Notes: generated by a model from the letters alone, not told the origin. A DNA stretch of 32,000 nt from Trichodesmium erythraeum IMS101 (GCF_000014265.1 NC_008312.1:5010001-5042000); one strand, 5' to 3'; positions 9,190 through 18,949 are shown, counted from the stretch's first letter. A program made the numbers and translations.

Positions 9190-9343
9190 ATTAAAGGCAA
9201 AAACTTCCCTGAAGCAATAGACTTAGGGCTTACCCAACAGGGCTGAAAGACAAAGTTTCGAAAGAATGAAAAACAATAATTAGGTGAATAAACCTGGTTT
9301 CTTGTTTTGATGGGCAAGTCCGGAAATTGAAACTTTGAATTTT

Positions 9344-9673
9344 CTATTGCCCACAACAACGTTCTATTCCTAGACTATCTAATAGTAAATCACTAACAGC
9401 ATTAGCGATCGCAAACTCCCCATAAAAACTTTGGGAAAAGTCAAAAGCTTGCATTTCTGTAACAATAGCAATTACTAATGATCCTAAATCATTCTCCCCT
9501 TCCATACGGTGGCGAACAAATATTTGAGCTGCTCTGTTGGCAATATCTTCATTCACTTTTTCGGGAATAAATTCTTGATTGAGCCATTTATGTAAGGAAG
9601 TTTTCAACCATTGGCCCTCTTCTTGGGGGTTTTGTGCCGTTGGTAAGGTAACTGCTTTGATTGGTTCTAGCAT
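9344..9673 (-). CDS. Hypothetical protein (109 aa), probably a conserved cyanobacterial protein of unknown function
   Basis: Clean ORF with ordinary composition and codon usage like its neighbours. It is divergent from aat with only a 40-bp gap. I do not recognise a family. The C-terminus is ...LGIERCCGQ. Confidence 0.65.
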   Translation of the reverse strand: MLEPIKAVTLPTAQNPQEEGQWLKTSLHKWLNQEFIPEKVNEDIANRAAQIFVRHRMEGENDLGSLVIAIVTEMQAFDFSQSFYGEFAIANAVSDLLLDSLGIERCCGQ

Positions 9674-9713
9674 AATTTGAAAGTTTATATAGTAAATTGT
9701 TGATAGTATTTCT

Positions 9714-10295
9714 ATGATAGAAGATAGTATTAATTCAATTATACAAGGATATGCTCAGGGCTACTTCCTCATGGCAAATGATGAAGAAGATAGCTTGGGG
9801 TGGTATAGTAGTTATCAGCGAACTTTAATTCCTTTGGATGAAAGATTTCGCTATCCACGGTCACTACGTCGTGCAATTAATCAAAATCGTTTTACTGTTG
9901 CTGTTAATCGAGATTTTGAAGCTGTAGTCAAGGGTTGTGCAGCTAGAGAAACAACTTGGATCTCTGAAGAACTAAAGCAGATTTACAAAAATTTAAATAA
10001 AGTGGGATATGCTTATAGTTTTGAGACTTGGCAAGGAGATGAACTTGCCGGTGGAATTTTAGGAATTGTCATTGGGAGTGCTTTTATTGGAGAGTCAATG
10101 TTTTACAATATTCCAGAAGGGTCAAAGGTGGCGATGGTAAAGTTGGTGGAGCGACTGCGAAAGCGAAAGTTTGTTCTTTTTGATGCTCAGATGAATAACC
10201 CTCACTTGGAAAGATTTGGAGCTTATAGTATCAGTGATAAAAAATATAAAGCACTTTTAAAATATGCGTTAAGTCATGGACGTAGTTTAATATAG
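9714..10295 (+). CDS. aat: Leucyl/phenylalanyl-tRNA--protein transferase
   Basis: [10 protein letters not shown]...[22 protein letters not shown]..., ...[12 protein letters not shown]... and [18 protein letters not shown] match the family's conserved blocks. The length (193 aa) is typical. Confidence 0.9.
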   Translation: MIEDSINSIIQGYAQGYFLMANDEEDSLGWYSSYQRTLIPLDERFRYPRSLRRAINQNRFTVAVNRDFEAVVKGCAARETTWISEELKQIYKNLNKVGYAYSFETWQGDELAGGILGIVIGSAFIGESMFYNIPEGSKVAMVKLVERLRKRKFVLFDAQMNNPHLERFGAYSISDKKYKALLKYALSHGRSLI

Positions 10296-10549
10296 CAGGG
10301 AGTAGGTAGAGCTTTTCATGCAACTTTCTCAGGGGAGTAGTAGGAAAAACATTATTCATTTCAATATTTCATTCATAAGTCTATATTCTAATATAATTTT
10401 TTCATTCTGATAATTGCATTTTTTTATATAATCCTATCATACTTTACTTTTTTTATCTCAAAACAAAATTTATACTTAGTAATTGCCAAGGTGTGAGTTT
10501 GAATTCAACTCAAACCCATTAGAGTCGTTGAGAATTAACGGAAAAAAAT

Positions 10550-10590
10550 GGCTTAAGCCCAAAATAGGTTCAGGTTTAAGCCTGCTTTTG
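10550..10590 (+). terminator. Hairpin plus short T-run in the aat-arsJ intergenic region (possible terminator of an unannotated transcript)
   Basis: ggcttaagcc (10550-10559) pairs with ggtttaagcc (10573-10582) over 10 bp with one G-U pair. It is followed by tgcttttg. Confidence 0.25.
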
Positions 10591-10707
10591 AATCCTGAAA
10601 TACTAAAAACCATTAAGAGTAGACCTTTGAATATTTTAAAATTTCCCACACCAAACAACTCTATTATTAGCTTTTCAGATTGATCACCTGATATCAGAAC
10701 TAAAATC

Positions 10708-10741
10708 CTGTAGGGTTTTTTTTGCCAGAAAGCCCCTACAG
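10708..10741 (-). terminator. Hairpin about 118 nt downstream of the arsJ stop (weak terminator candidate)
   Basis: ctgtaggg (10708-10715) is the reverse complement of ccctacag (10734-10741), with an 18-nt loop containing T8 (A8 on the minus strand). The trailing U-tract on the minus strand is weak (gatttta). Confidence 0.3.
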
Positions 10742-10858
10742 TGATTTACCAAAATGAAAACTACTATAAAGTTATTCTAGATAGTAACAAATCTAAACTG
10801 GTCACTTTCTTTACCTTCTCGTAGATATTCAGCCTCCAAATATTCAACCATAGATAAA

Positions 10859-12115
10859 TTAATCTCCAGACCCAGCTTGCCAAGCTATAGCTTTACTAGG
10901 TTTAGCCTCCGGTAACTTTAGAGAAACTAAAGCTGCTCCTAATACAAATAACATGGATACCCACAGACAACCAACCAAACCAAATATTTGATAAACTAAC
11001 CCCGATAAAACTGTACCTGCAAGACGACCACCGGAATTAGCCATATAGTAGAAACCAACATTTAGAGCTACTTTGTCATCATCAGTAAATGCCAATACCA
11101 GGTAGGAATGAACAGCAGAATTAAAAGCAAATACTATACCAAACAACATTAAACCACCAACAACTACCAAATTAGCAGGTAAACCTAATTGTAATGCCAG
11201 AGCGATCACGCAAGGAACAGCAGTCAATGTAAACGTCCAAAATTGGATAGTTTTTGATTGTGGAGGCTTACCAGAACCAAATTTCTGTATAAGAGTCGGT
11301 GCTAAAGATTGAATAATACCATAACCTATGACCCAACAAGCCATAAAACCACCAACTTCATAAAAAGACCAACCCAAAGTACCTTGCAGAAAAACAGGTA
11401 ACCCTACTACAAACCAGACATCTCGCGAACCAAATAAAAAGAAGCGAGCACCAGAAAGAATATTAATTTCCTGACTTTTAGAAAAAAGTTCTTTAAACTT
11501 GACCTTCCTCTTAATTTTGCCCATGTTTTTTGGTAGAATTAAGCCAGTTAACATAATCAAAAATAGTCCTCCCGCCATTATCCACAGAGCATTGACAAAT
11601 CCAAATAATGACAGTAGCGCACTACCTACAAAAAAACCAGCCCCTTTAAGAGCATTCTTGGAACCAGTTAACACAGCTACCCACTTAAATAGAGAGGACT
11701 GAGCATCTTGGGGTACAACTAACCTAATAGCACTTTTAGAGCTCATTTTAGTTAAATCTTTAGCAATTCCAGAAAATGCCTGTGCTACCATTACATAAAA
11801 CACAGCTAACCACTGTACCCAACCTAGGTTTACCCATGAAAGCATAATTAGGGCAAAAATCTGTAACCCAATACCACTGTACAGAGTCACTCTTAATCCA
11901 AGTTGTGAACCTATCCAACCACCGAAAAAATTAGTAAAGATGCCAAAAACTTCATAGAATAAGAATAAAAAGGCTATTTCTAGAGGAGTATAACCAATTT
12001 TGTAGAAGTAAAGTAGCACCAACATTCGCAAAGCACCATCAGTAATGGTGAAACCCCAGTAGGCAAGAGTTACTAGGGCATAATTTCTTAAACTAGCACT
12101 TGTAGTAGAAACCAT
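10859..12115 (-). CDS. arsJ: MFS permease, probable ArsJ (1-arseno-3-phosphoglycerate efflux)
   Basis: 418 aa with about 12 hydrophobic segments, typical of the MFS. It lies 73 bp downstream of a GAPDH gene on the same strand, and an ACR3 gene sits further upstream. This is the arrangement described for GAPDH-ArsJ arsenate resistance. The ArsJ call rests on synteny plus the MFS fold, not on a verified alignment. Confidence 0.75.
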   Translation of the reverse strand: MVSTTSASLRNYALVTLAYWGFTITDGALRMLVLLYFYKIGYTPLEIAFLFLFYEVFGIFTNFFGGWIGSQLGLRVTLYSGIGLQIFALIMLSWVNLGWVQWLAVFYVMVAQAFSGIAKDLTKMSSKSAIRLVVPQDAQSSLFKWVAVLTGSKNALKGAGFFVGSALLSLFGFVNALWIMAGGLFLIMLTGLILPKNMGKIKRKVKFKELFSKSQEINILSGARFFLFGSRDVWFVVGLPVFLQGTLGWSFYEVGGFMACWVIGYGIIQSLAPTLIQKFGSGKPPQSKTIQFWTFTLTAVPCVIALALQLGLPANLVVVGGLMLFGIVFAFNSAVHSYLVLAFTDDDKVALNVGFYYMANSGGRLAGTVLSGLVYQIFGLVGCLWVSMLFVLGAALVSLKLPEAKPSKAIAWQAGSGD

Positions 12116-12188
12116 AATTTTAATGAATTTAAACTATTGCAACCAATTTCCTAAAATTAAACCTTCAATTCTGAAGAGATCTAAATCA

Positions 12189-13211
12189 TTAGAAACTCAA
12201 ACCAGATTTCCAACTTACAACAACTTTTCGAGCTAGCTCTACCATACGGTTAGCATAACCCCACTCATTATCATACCAAGCCAAAATTTTCACTTGAGTT
12301 TCATCTACTACCATTGTTGAAAGAGCATCAATAATAGAAGACCGGGGGTCATCTTTATAGTCAATAGAAACTAAAGGACGTTCTTCATAACCCAAAATTC
12401 CTTTAAGTGGTGGTGTTTCAGATGCAGTTTTGAGCAAGCTATTAATTTCAACTACTGTGGTAGGACGAACTACTTCAAAGACACAGTCTGTCAAAGAAGC
12501 ATTCAATAGAGGAACTCGTACTGCTAAACCATTCAACTTACCGTTAAGTTCCGGATAAATTAGTCCGATCGCTGTTGCCGATCCAGTTGTAGTAGGAATT
12601 AGTGATAGACTTGTAGCTCTGGCACGACGCAAATCTTTATGAGGTGCATCAACAATAATCTGAGTGTTAGTATTGTCATGAATAGTAGTAATAACTCCAT
12701 GTTTAATTCCTAATCCTTCATGAATGACTTTAACCACTGGAGCCAAACAATTTGTGGTACAAGAAGCTGCTGTAAGTAAATGATGTTTTTCGGGGTCATA
12801 CAAATTATCATTGACGCCCATAACTACATTTAAAGCTTCTTCTTTAACTGGCGCGGCAACAATAACCTTTTTTACACCATTTTGAAAGTAAGGTTCTAGA
12901 GTACTTTTAGTTCTAAACTTGCCAGAACATTCTAATACAATATCCACACCAAGTTTTTCCCAAGGTACTTCACCTGGTTCGGAATATTCACTGAAACTGA
13001 GAGGTTTACCATCAATTATTACTTGCTCCCCTGCTGCTTCTACGTCCAGGGACCATTTGCCATGTACAGAATCAAACTTGAGTAAATGTGCCGCTGCTGC
13101 CGTACCTCCTTTAATTTCATTAATGTGAACAAACTCTAGTTCTGGCCATTCCCAAGCTGCACGGAGTGCCAGCCTTCCTATACGACCAAATCCATTTATT
13201 CCAATACGCAT
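12189..13211 (-). CDS. gap: Glyceraldehyde-3-phosphate dehydrogenase (ars-associated type)
   Basis: [17 protein letters not shown] is the NAD-binding N-terminus, the catalytic [11 protein letters not shown] block is present, and [11 protein letters not shown] lies near the C-terminus. Length is 340 aa. Confidence 0.93.
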   Translation of the reverse strand: MRIGINGFGRIGRLALRAAWEWPELEFVHINEIKGGTAAAAHLLKFDSVHGKWSLDVEAAGEQVIIDGKPLSFSEYSEPGEVPWEKLGVDIVLECSGKFRTKSTLEPYFQNGVKKVIVAAPVKEEALNVVMGVNDNLYDPEKHHLLTAASCTTNCLAPVVKVIHEGLGIKHGVITTIHDNTNTQIIVDAPHKDLRRARATSLSLIPTTTGSATAIGLIYPELNGKLNGLAVRVPLLNASLTDCVFEVVRPTTVVEINSLLKTASETPPLKGILGYEERPLVSIDYKDDPRSSIIDALSTMVVDETQVKILAWYDNEWGYANRMVELARKVVVSWKSGLSF

Positions 13212-13656
13212 TGCTATATTTTTTCCTTCTTTAAGTTTCCCTTTTAAGGGTGTTGTAATAACTAAAATTTATGAAGATAACCTACTACTATAGCGATCGC
13301 TTAAGAGTATGGTTCATCAAAGCACTTTCTAGATTTGCTGTTAATATAGTCTTGATAGCATCATCATAGGAACAGCCAGAATTAATCTAATGTGTTATTT
13401 TGATAAATCCTGTACAATTCCAAATTAGAAGGGTCATCCATCACTAAGACTATTGCCCCAATACCTAATTTTTGTAGTGCTGGCAACTCTTCGACTATTG
13501 TTTTCCCGAATCTTGCTAGTTTACCTTGAATTGCCCAGCACAAATTTTATACTAATATATAGTTTCCAAAAAATCAGTTATCAAAAACTTTCTTCCGTAA
13601 TTGCCAATTCTATCCTTTTGTCTCCATTTAAATGTCAAAAGCTCCAAAAGTATAAA

Positions 13657-13690
13657 TATTCAACCGGACATAATATTACATCATGTCCGG
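13657..13690. repeat. Variant copy of the TATTCAACCGGACAT dispersed motif, carrying its own hairpin
   Basis: tattcaaccggacat lies at 13657-13671. ccggacat (13664-13671) and atgtccgg (13683-13690) form an 8-bp inverted repeat with an 11-nt loop. Confidence 0.8.
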
Positions 13691-13780
13691 ATAATTAGTT
13701 ATCAAAAAAATTTCTCCCGTAATTGCCAATTCTATCCTTCTGTCTCCTGCTGAGAGCCTCAGCCTCCGATCCTCGAAAGT

Positions 13781-13795
13781 CTAAGTATTCAACCG
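13781..13795 (+). repeat. Dispersed 14-mer family copy (cTAAGTATTCAACCG)
   Basis: The exact string taagtattcaaccg is also present at 30913-30926 (+) and 25772-25785 (-). Confidence 0.9.
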
Positions 13796-14022
13796 AAACT
13801 GATTTGGAAATGGTACTATAGGGGTTCGAGAACCTTTTGGAAAAGATTTTTATTGTTTGAGTTATTTCTTGTTCCATTGTTCAATTTTCCTTTTCTTGAT
13901 ATTCACTATTAAGATCTCTCAAATAGTCAATGAGTATCTGGAAAATTCAAAAAAATGGCCAAGCAAGATGTTCACTCTACTATAATGGCTTGTAGGAAAG
14001 ACTGGCAGAGAAAATATTTGCA

Positions 14023-15174
14023 CTACTCCAATTTACAACAACGGGGGTCTAACAAAGTTGCTTTTTCTGGTTGGCGAGGAAACCAAAAAGCTGTACGTTG
14101 GCATACTGCCACCAACATTAACATTACTGGCACTTCTATTAAGACTCCCACTACCGTAGCTAATGCAGCTCCAGAATTTAAGCCAAATAGAGTAACTGCA
14201 GTTGCGATCGCCACTTCAAAATGATTACTCGCTCCAATTAAAGCAGCAGGTGCAGCATCTTCGTAATCTAACTTCATTTTCAAAGCTGCTACATAACTAA
14301 TCAAGAAAATAAAATTAGTCTGGACAAAAAGTGGTACTGCTATTAATAATATGTGAAATGGATTTTCTACAATTAATTCTCCCTTAAAAGCAAACAATAA
14401 AACTAAAGTTATCAATAACGCACCAGTAGAAACAGGGCTTAAATAATTAATAAACCGACCTTCAAACCAAGCTTTTCCTTTATATTTCAAAATCCAGTAA
14501 CGACTATAAATTCCTGAAGCCAAAGGTAAACCAACATAAATTAGCACTGATAAAACAATAGTTTCCCAAGGTACTGTTAAATTATTTGCTGACAATAACC
14601 ATCGCCCAAGAGGAGCATATAAAAACAACATTGTCAAGGAATTAATTGCCACCATTACTAATGTGTGCCCCTGGTTACTATAGGAAAGATAACCCCACAT
14701 TAACACCATAGCCGTACAAGGTGCGATACCAAGTAATATTGCACCGGCAATATAAGAGTCTGCCAGAGCTACTTCTGTACCCCTTAATATTTCTGTACCT
14801 GTTAGGAATGAGCGGAATAACCAACCAAGAAAAATTTGGGCAAATGCTACCATTGTAAAAGGTTTGACTACCCAATTTACTACTAAAGTTAAAATTACAG
14901 GCTTAGGAGCACGGGCAGCATTTTTAGCTTGGGTAAAGTCTATTTTGACCATGATAGGATACATCATAAAAAATAGACAAATAGCAATAGGGATAGATAC
15001 CTGATAAATGCTCATAGCATCTAACATTCTGGCAACACCAGGAAATGTTTTTCCTAAGAATATACCTGCTACAATGCACAATGCTACCCAGAAAGTCAAA
15101 TATTTTTCAAAGAAACTAAGTTGGCCACCTGCTTGTACTGCAGATTTATTGACTTGGGGTAAATTTGTTGTCAT
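14023..15174 (-). CDS. acr3: ACR3-family arsenite efflux permease
   Basis: [21 protein letters not shown] is at the N-terminus. The conserved [12 protein letters not shown] (catalytic Cys) and [14 protein letters not shown] (conserved Glu) blocks are both present. Length is 383 aa with about 10 TM segments. Confidence 0.93.
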   Translation of the reverse strand: MTTNLPQVNKSAVQAGGQLSFFEKYLTFWVALCIVAGIFLGKTFPGVARMLDAMSIYQVSIPIAICLFFMMYPIMVKIDFTQAKNAARAPKPVILTLVVNWVVKPFTMVAFAQIFLGWLFRSFLTGTEILRGTEVALADSYIAGAILLGIAPCTAMVLMWGYLSYSNQGHTLVMVAINSLTMLFLYAPLGRWLLSANNLTVPWETIVLSVLIYVGLPLASGIYSRYWILKYKGKAWFEGRFINYLSPVSTGALLITLVLLFAFKGELIVENPFHILLIAVPLFVQTNFIFLISYVAALKMKLDYEDAAPAALIGASNHFEVAIATAVTLFGLNSGAALATVVGVLIEVPVMLMLVAVCQRTAFWFPRQPEKATLLDPRCCKLE

Positions 15175-15370
15175 AGTTTGTACAATTAATATTCTGTTCG
15201 TTTAATGAGAACTGCAAAAATAGTTAACTTGAGCTGTGCTTTGCAACCAAACACAGTTCCTGCTTTTGTTTTGTAATAATTACAGTTAACCCCTACAGAC
15301 AGCCTATTATCTAGAAGTTTGCGTAAGTATTGTATAACAAAAAATTTTATCTCCCAATAATTTTATTATT

Positions 15371-15391
15371 GTCAAAAGTCAAAAGTCAAAA
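15371..15391. repeat. Heptamer tandem repeat (gtcaaaa x3)
   Basis: Read directly. A related aaagtgcaaaatgcaaaagtcaaaaa tract occurs at about 17989-18014. Confidence 0.9.
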
Positions 15392-16410
15392 GTTTAACTC
15401 AAAGTAAGAGGTAACAGAATAATCTCTAACACATTATTGATATAACGCTATAGTTTGAATAACTCACAAAATATTTTGGGTAGGGAAACCATAAGTTATG
15501 GCAAAGCAAGGGAGAGTTAAGACAATATCTAGCTTCTTTGAGACTAAAGTAAGGAGCGAGAATTTTATTATCTGCATACATTTAATTTCCTAAACTCCAT
15601 ATCATCTGAGTTCTTTGACAACCCTAAAGGTGCTTGTTTGAGTCATCATATTAGTTTATATAAAGTAAAAACATAACCTTTATAAGGACTTTTCCTACCG
15701 TAGTTTAGCCATAAAAAAAACGCTGTAAAATTCAGTTTGAGTAGATTAAAAATATTTTTCTATAAAAGCTTATGAGTCTTTAAAATACCTAATTTATCCC
15801 ACGAAGGAGAATAAACGGATCAAATTAAATATTTCGTGAATTCTGTTCCATTAAGCTGAGTATACAGAGCAAGATAGTTTTATTTAAAGCATAGTAATAG
15901 ATGTTTTTCATAATTTTTTTCTTCAAGATAAGATTTAAAAAAATTATTTAAGGAACAATACTTTTAGGCTAATGATTTATTGGCTTCTTTTATACCTAAA
16001 TTTAGTTTCGATGTTTCTTTTTCAAAAAAATTAATAGATTCAATTAATGTTTTTTTTTCTCAAGAGCTGGCTTACAAGAATTAAAATATTCTTGATTTTT
16101 TTTTATTTTTGCTTCTAATGCTTTTTGACATTTTTTATGAGCTTACTCAGCTTTTTTACCATATTTTAACAAGACTTAAATAGCTTTTTCATAGCATTTT
16201 TCCCCAGAGCAAAATAAATTTTAAGCAATACTGATGGCTAGAACTAGGAAAACTATTAACCCCGCAATTTCCGCTTCAATAGGCTCAATATCAAGATATT
16301 GTAGATAATAGGTATAGCGATCGCTATTAAACTTAGAACAACAAAACCCATAATTAACCAGACGTTTTTAAGTATCTATTGCCGTAAGACTTGAGGAATA
16401 AGGTTAAATC

Positions 16411-16482
16411 ATTTGTTTTAATATTTGTTTTAATGTTTGTTTTAATATTTGTTTTAATATTTGTTTTAATATTTGCTTTAAC
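16411..16482. repeat. 12-bp microsatellite, 6 units (atttgttttaat)
   Basis: Units start at 16411, 16423, 16435 (g variant), 16447, 16459 and 16471 (atttgctttaac). Confidence 0.95.
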
Positions 16483-16531
16483 TATTCCTGCTTCTAAAAT
16501 AATGACACCAATATAACGAAGTTGTAATAAT

Positions 16532-16831
16532 CAGGTTCTGTCTCTGGTAAAGTAGAGTCGATGGCTGCTAATATTTGCAAGAAACCCCTCTTATACTTAA
16601 TTTTTTGAGCAGTAATCTTTTTTAACACTATTTAGAACTCTGCATCTAATAAATTAAAAGCGATCGCTGCTAATGCTTTGAATAGTATTTCTCAAACTCA
16701 ATGTTTTAAAGAGTATCCAAAGCCTATTGTCAAAATTGAGGTTCTGTCTGTAGTAAATTGAAGCGATCGCTGCTAATACTTGCCAGCCTTTATATTAAGA
16801 CGTTAAATATTATTCAACACTATTTTTAAAT
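16532..16831. repeat. Three degenerate tandem units of about 102 bp with a HIP1-containing core (aGCGATCGCtgctaat)
   Basis: Cores are gtcgatggctgctaat at 16557-16572, agcgatcgctgctaat at 16659-16674 and agcgatcgctgctaat at 16762-16777 (periods 102 and 103). The outer units also share aggttctgtct (16533 and 16739) and aacactattt (16624 and 16816). Confidence 0.7.
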
Positions 16832-16979
16832 GTGGGTAAACAACCTAACCCCCCAACTCCCTACACATCATTTTAGCTATGTCGGTCTAGTAGAAGGAAT
16901 GCATCAATTGTCTCTATCAGTATGTGCCTAAGTCCTGATCATCTTATTTATGAAGATTTCTATTAAGCATAAAAGCACC

Positions 16980-17939
16980 TTACATTTGAGTACCACTTAA
17001 ATTAGCTGTACTTAATTCAACCCTAGTTAAAATAGACCCATGAAGGTTAGAATTAGATAAATTTGCTTTTGCTAGATAAGCATCAGTTAAGTCCGCTTTA
17101 GTAAGATTTGCTTCACTTAAGTTAGCTCGACTCAGATCAGCTCTGACTAAATTCACTTTAGTTAGGTTAGTCCCTACTAACTGAGCTTTACCCAATTTTG
17201 CATCTACCATACTTGCACCAGTTAAGTTAGCCTCATTCAAGCATGTATCCATTAATTCAGCTCTTTCAAATTTAGCACTAATTAAACTAGCCCCAGATAA
17301 ATTAACTTCTACCAAATTAGCTTCTGTTAATGATGCATTATCTAGAACTACTTCACGCATATTTGCTTTAGTTAACTTAGCGCCTCTAAGTACAACCTCA
17401 CTTAAATTTGCCCCTCTCAAATCAGCTTTAGTTAAATCAGCTCCAGTCAAATCAACACCACGCATATCAGCTCCCTGCATATTTACCCCGCGAAGATTAG
17501 CTATTTCATAAACCCGTTTTTGATAGCGGAAACTTGCCCCACGCATATAAGCACCCCGCAAGTCAGCACCTTGTAGATTAATTGCTCGCATATCTGCCCC
17601 ACTCAAATTAGCATCCATCAAGTTTGCTAACTCTAGATTAGCCTTTCGCAAGTCTGCATTCTGTAAGTTTGCCCCATGAAGATCAACATCAGCCATCTTA
17701 ACACCCTGTAAATTTGCTTGAGTCAGATATGCACCACTAAGTTTAGCTGTAATTAAATTAGCGCATTGTAAATTAACTCGATTTAGAAATGCTAGCACTA
17801 GTTCTGCTCCCTGAAGATCGGCCTGGGAAAAATTTATACCTATTAAGTCCGCTTTATTTAATTGGATACCTTTGAGATTAATTCCTTGAAAATCGGTTTT
17901 TCCTGCTGCATATTTCCTGAGAATTTCACTACTATTCAT
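16980..17939 (-). CDS. Pentapeptide-repeat protein (319 aa)
   Basis: Nearly the whole protein consists of A(D/N)LxX pentads (ADLIGINFSQADLQGAELVLAFLNRVNLQCANL...). Confidence 0.93.
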   Translation of the reverse strand: MNSSEILRKYAAGKTDFQGINLKGIQLNKADLIGINFSQADLQGAELVLAFLNRVNLQCANLITAKLSGAYLTQANLQGVKMADVDLHGANLQNADLRKANLELANLMDANLSGADMRAINLQGADLRGAYMRGASFRYQKRVYEIANLRGVNMQGADMRGVDLTGADLTKADLRGANLSEVVLRGAKLTKANMREVVLDNASLTEANLVEVNLSGASLISAKFERAELMDTCLNEANLTGASMVDAKLGKAQLVGTNLTKVNLVRADLSRANLSEANLTKADLTDAYLAKANLSNSNLHGSILTRVELSTANLSGTQM

Positions 17940-18178
17940 TATAATAATTTTCCTTTATTTAAAAAAGTATAGGGCTATAAGCTAGACAAAAGTGCAAAAT
18001 GCAAAAGTCAAAAATAATTTATGACTGAGTTTAATCATGTAGAAATGTCGATTATCTTTCCTTTCATTGCTAATAGTTATCAGATTTTCAATTATTAATT
18101 ATAGAGTTTCTCAAGTTACTACAGCATATTTATTTTTCTGATTTTCTCTTCTAACCTAAACCCAACTATAAGTTTATG

Positions 18179-18314
18179 TATTAATGCTCTGCTTAGGTCA
18201 GACTTCAGTTATTAAGCAATTAAGTGCATATGCAAAATTATTTACCTATTCTCATTAAACCAATTCCTATTTATTAATACTTAGCTTAGGTCAAACTTTA
18301 GTTATTAAATAATT
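18179..18314. repeat. Two 43-bp direct repeats (36/43 identical, period 93 bp) upstream of the pentapeptide gene
   Basis: tattaatgctctgcttaggtcagacttcagttattaagcaatt (18179-18221) versus tattaatacttagcttaggtcaaactttagttattaaataatt (18272-18314). Confidence 0.8.
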
Positions 18315-18949
18315 TTTATAAAGAGAATAGAATAACTTTTTTGTTCTCTTCAGCTAAATTAATATTAATGATTATTACAGAGCTTTCTATCATTATAAAG
18401 TACAGCTACGCGAATAAGATTCCCACACTACATAATTTTCATTATTTACTCTGTACATCATTTACCCGGAATATCCCTAAATCCACTGCCCTACTCCTCT
18501 GCTTTCTTACTCAAAAAAACATAGAAAAGTTTTGTGAGAAATATCATATAAGACTTGCTGAATATATTTTATGAGTGAGGATAGGAAGCAAAAGAGGTAT
18601 AAAATATTGAAACAAACAGCCAAGGATCGATGGTAATTACAGAAGATGTGGTCTGTAGTAATTTAAATTTTTATGCCCTTAATAGCTAAAAATTGAGGCT
18701 TTTGAGCTATGTAAAGCCAAGAAATTATATATTCTTTCCACACAAAAAGCCCTTAGTAATATTTAAGTAAATATTTTCAGTTTTTTCAGCTTATCCTAAT
18801 TATTTGACCTCAAAAGAAGGCTAATAATTTAGCTTATATACACATCTAATTAATTGGTATAACAAGTTAATATAAAGGAAATACAATTTTTGCAGGATTA
18901 ACCTTCTCGAGTTATCTTAATCCATACCTATTTCCTAAAACAGAAAAAT

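Larger units (their letters stand above)
13576..13815. repeat. Tandem duplication, period about 121 bp, in the gapdh-acr3 spacer
   Basis: agttatcaaaaactttcttccgtaattgccaattctatccttttgtctcc (13576-13625) versus agttatcaaaaaaatttctcccgtaattgccaattctatccttctgtctcc (13697-13747): one indel and about 3 mismatches. Each unit ends in a tattcaaccg motif (13657 and 13786). Confidence 0.85.

Noticed and set aside
9147-9359. 70-aa minus-strand ORF between rpsN and the 109-aa gene
   Set aside because: It overlaps the 3' end of the better-supported 109-aa gene and spans the terminator-like hairpin. Its composition is not protein-like.
10476-10683. Overlapping antisense ORF pair (60 and 66 aa)
   Set aside because: The two are mutually antisense in a palindrome-rich intergenic stretch and have no motifs. 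The region is more likely non-coding and structured.
11578-11586. DnaA-box-like ttatccaca (plus ttttccaca-type strings near 5992 and 18737)
   Set aside because: These are isolated single boxes, one of them inside a CDS. There is no cluster, no adjacent dnaA/dnaN and no AT-rich unwinding array arrangement, so this is not an origin.
13823-13834. ggttcgagaacc, reminiscent of a tRNA T-loop
   Set aside because: No acceptor, D or anticodon arms can be built around it, and it is simply a 5-bp palindrome. I found no convincing tRNA anywhere in the window.
11499-15205. Shadow ORFs inside arsJ (11499-11702), gapdh (12919-13128) and acr3 (13955-14224, 14678-14875, 15008-15205), and the 60-aa ORF 13695-13877
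   Set aside because: The first five are antisense to, or out of frame with, genes that carry clear family signatures. ORF 13695-13877 is created by one unit of the 121-bp tandem duplication, and the other unit does not preserve it.
13239-15290. Shared ttgtaataa 9-mer upstream of both gapdh (13252-13260) and acr3 (15269-15277), and the cccttttaaggg near-palindrome at 13239-13250, considered as ArsR operators
   Set aside because: A 9-mer of A/T-rich sequence shared between two ~150-bp AT-rich regions is plausibly chance. I do not remember a matching ArsR operator consensus.
16411-16831. Regularly spaced repeats considered as a CRISPR array
   Set aside because: The units are 12 bp contiguous, or about 102 bp degenerate with shared flanks. 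There is no arrangement of 28-37-bp identical repeats with unique spacers, and no cas genes are present.
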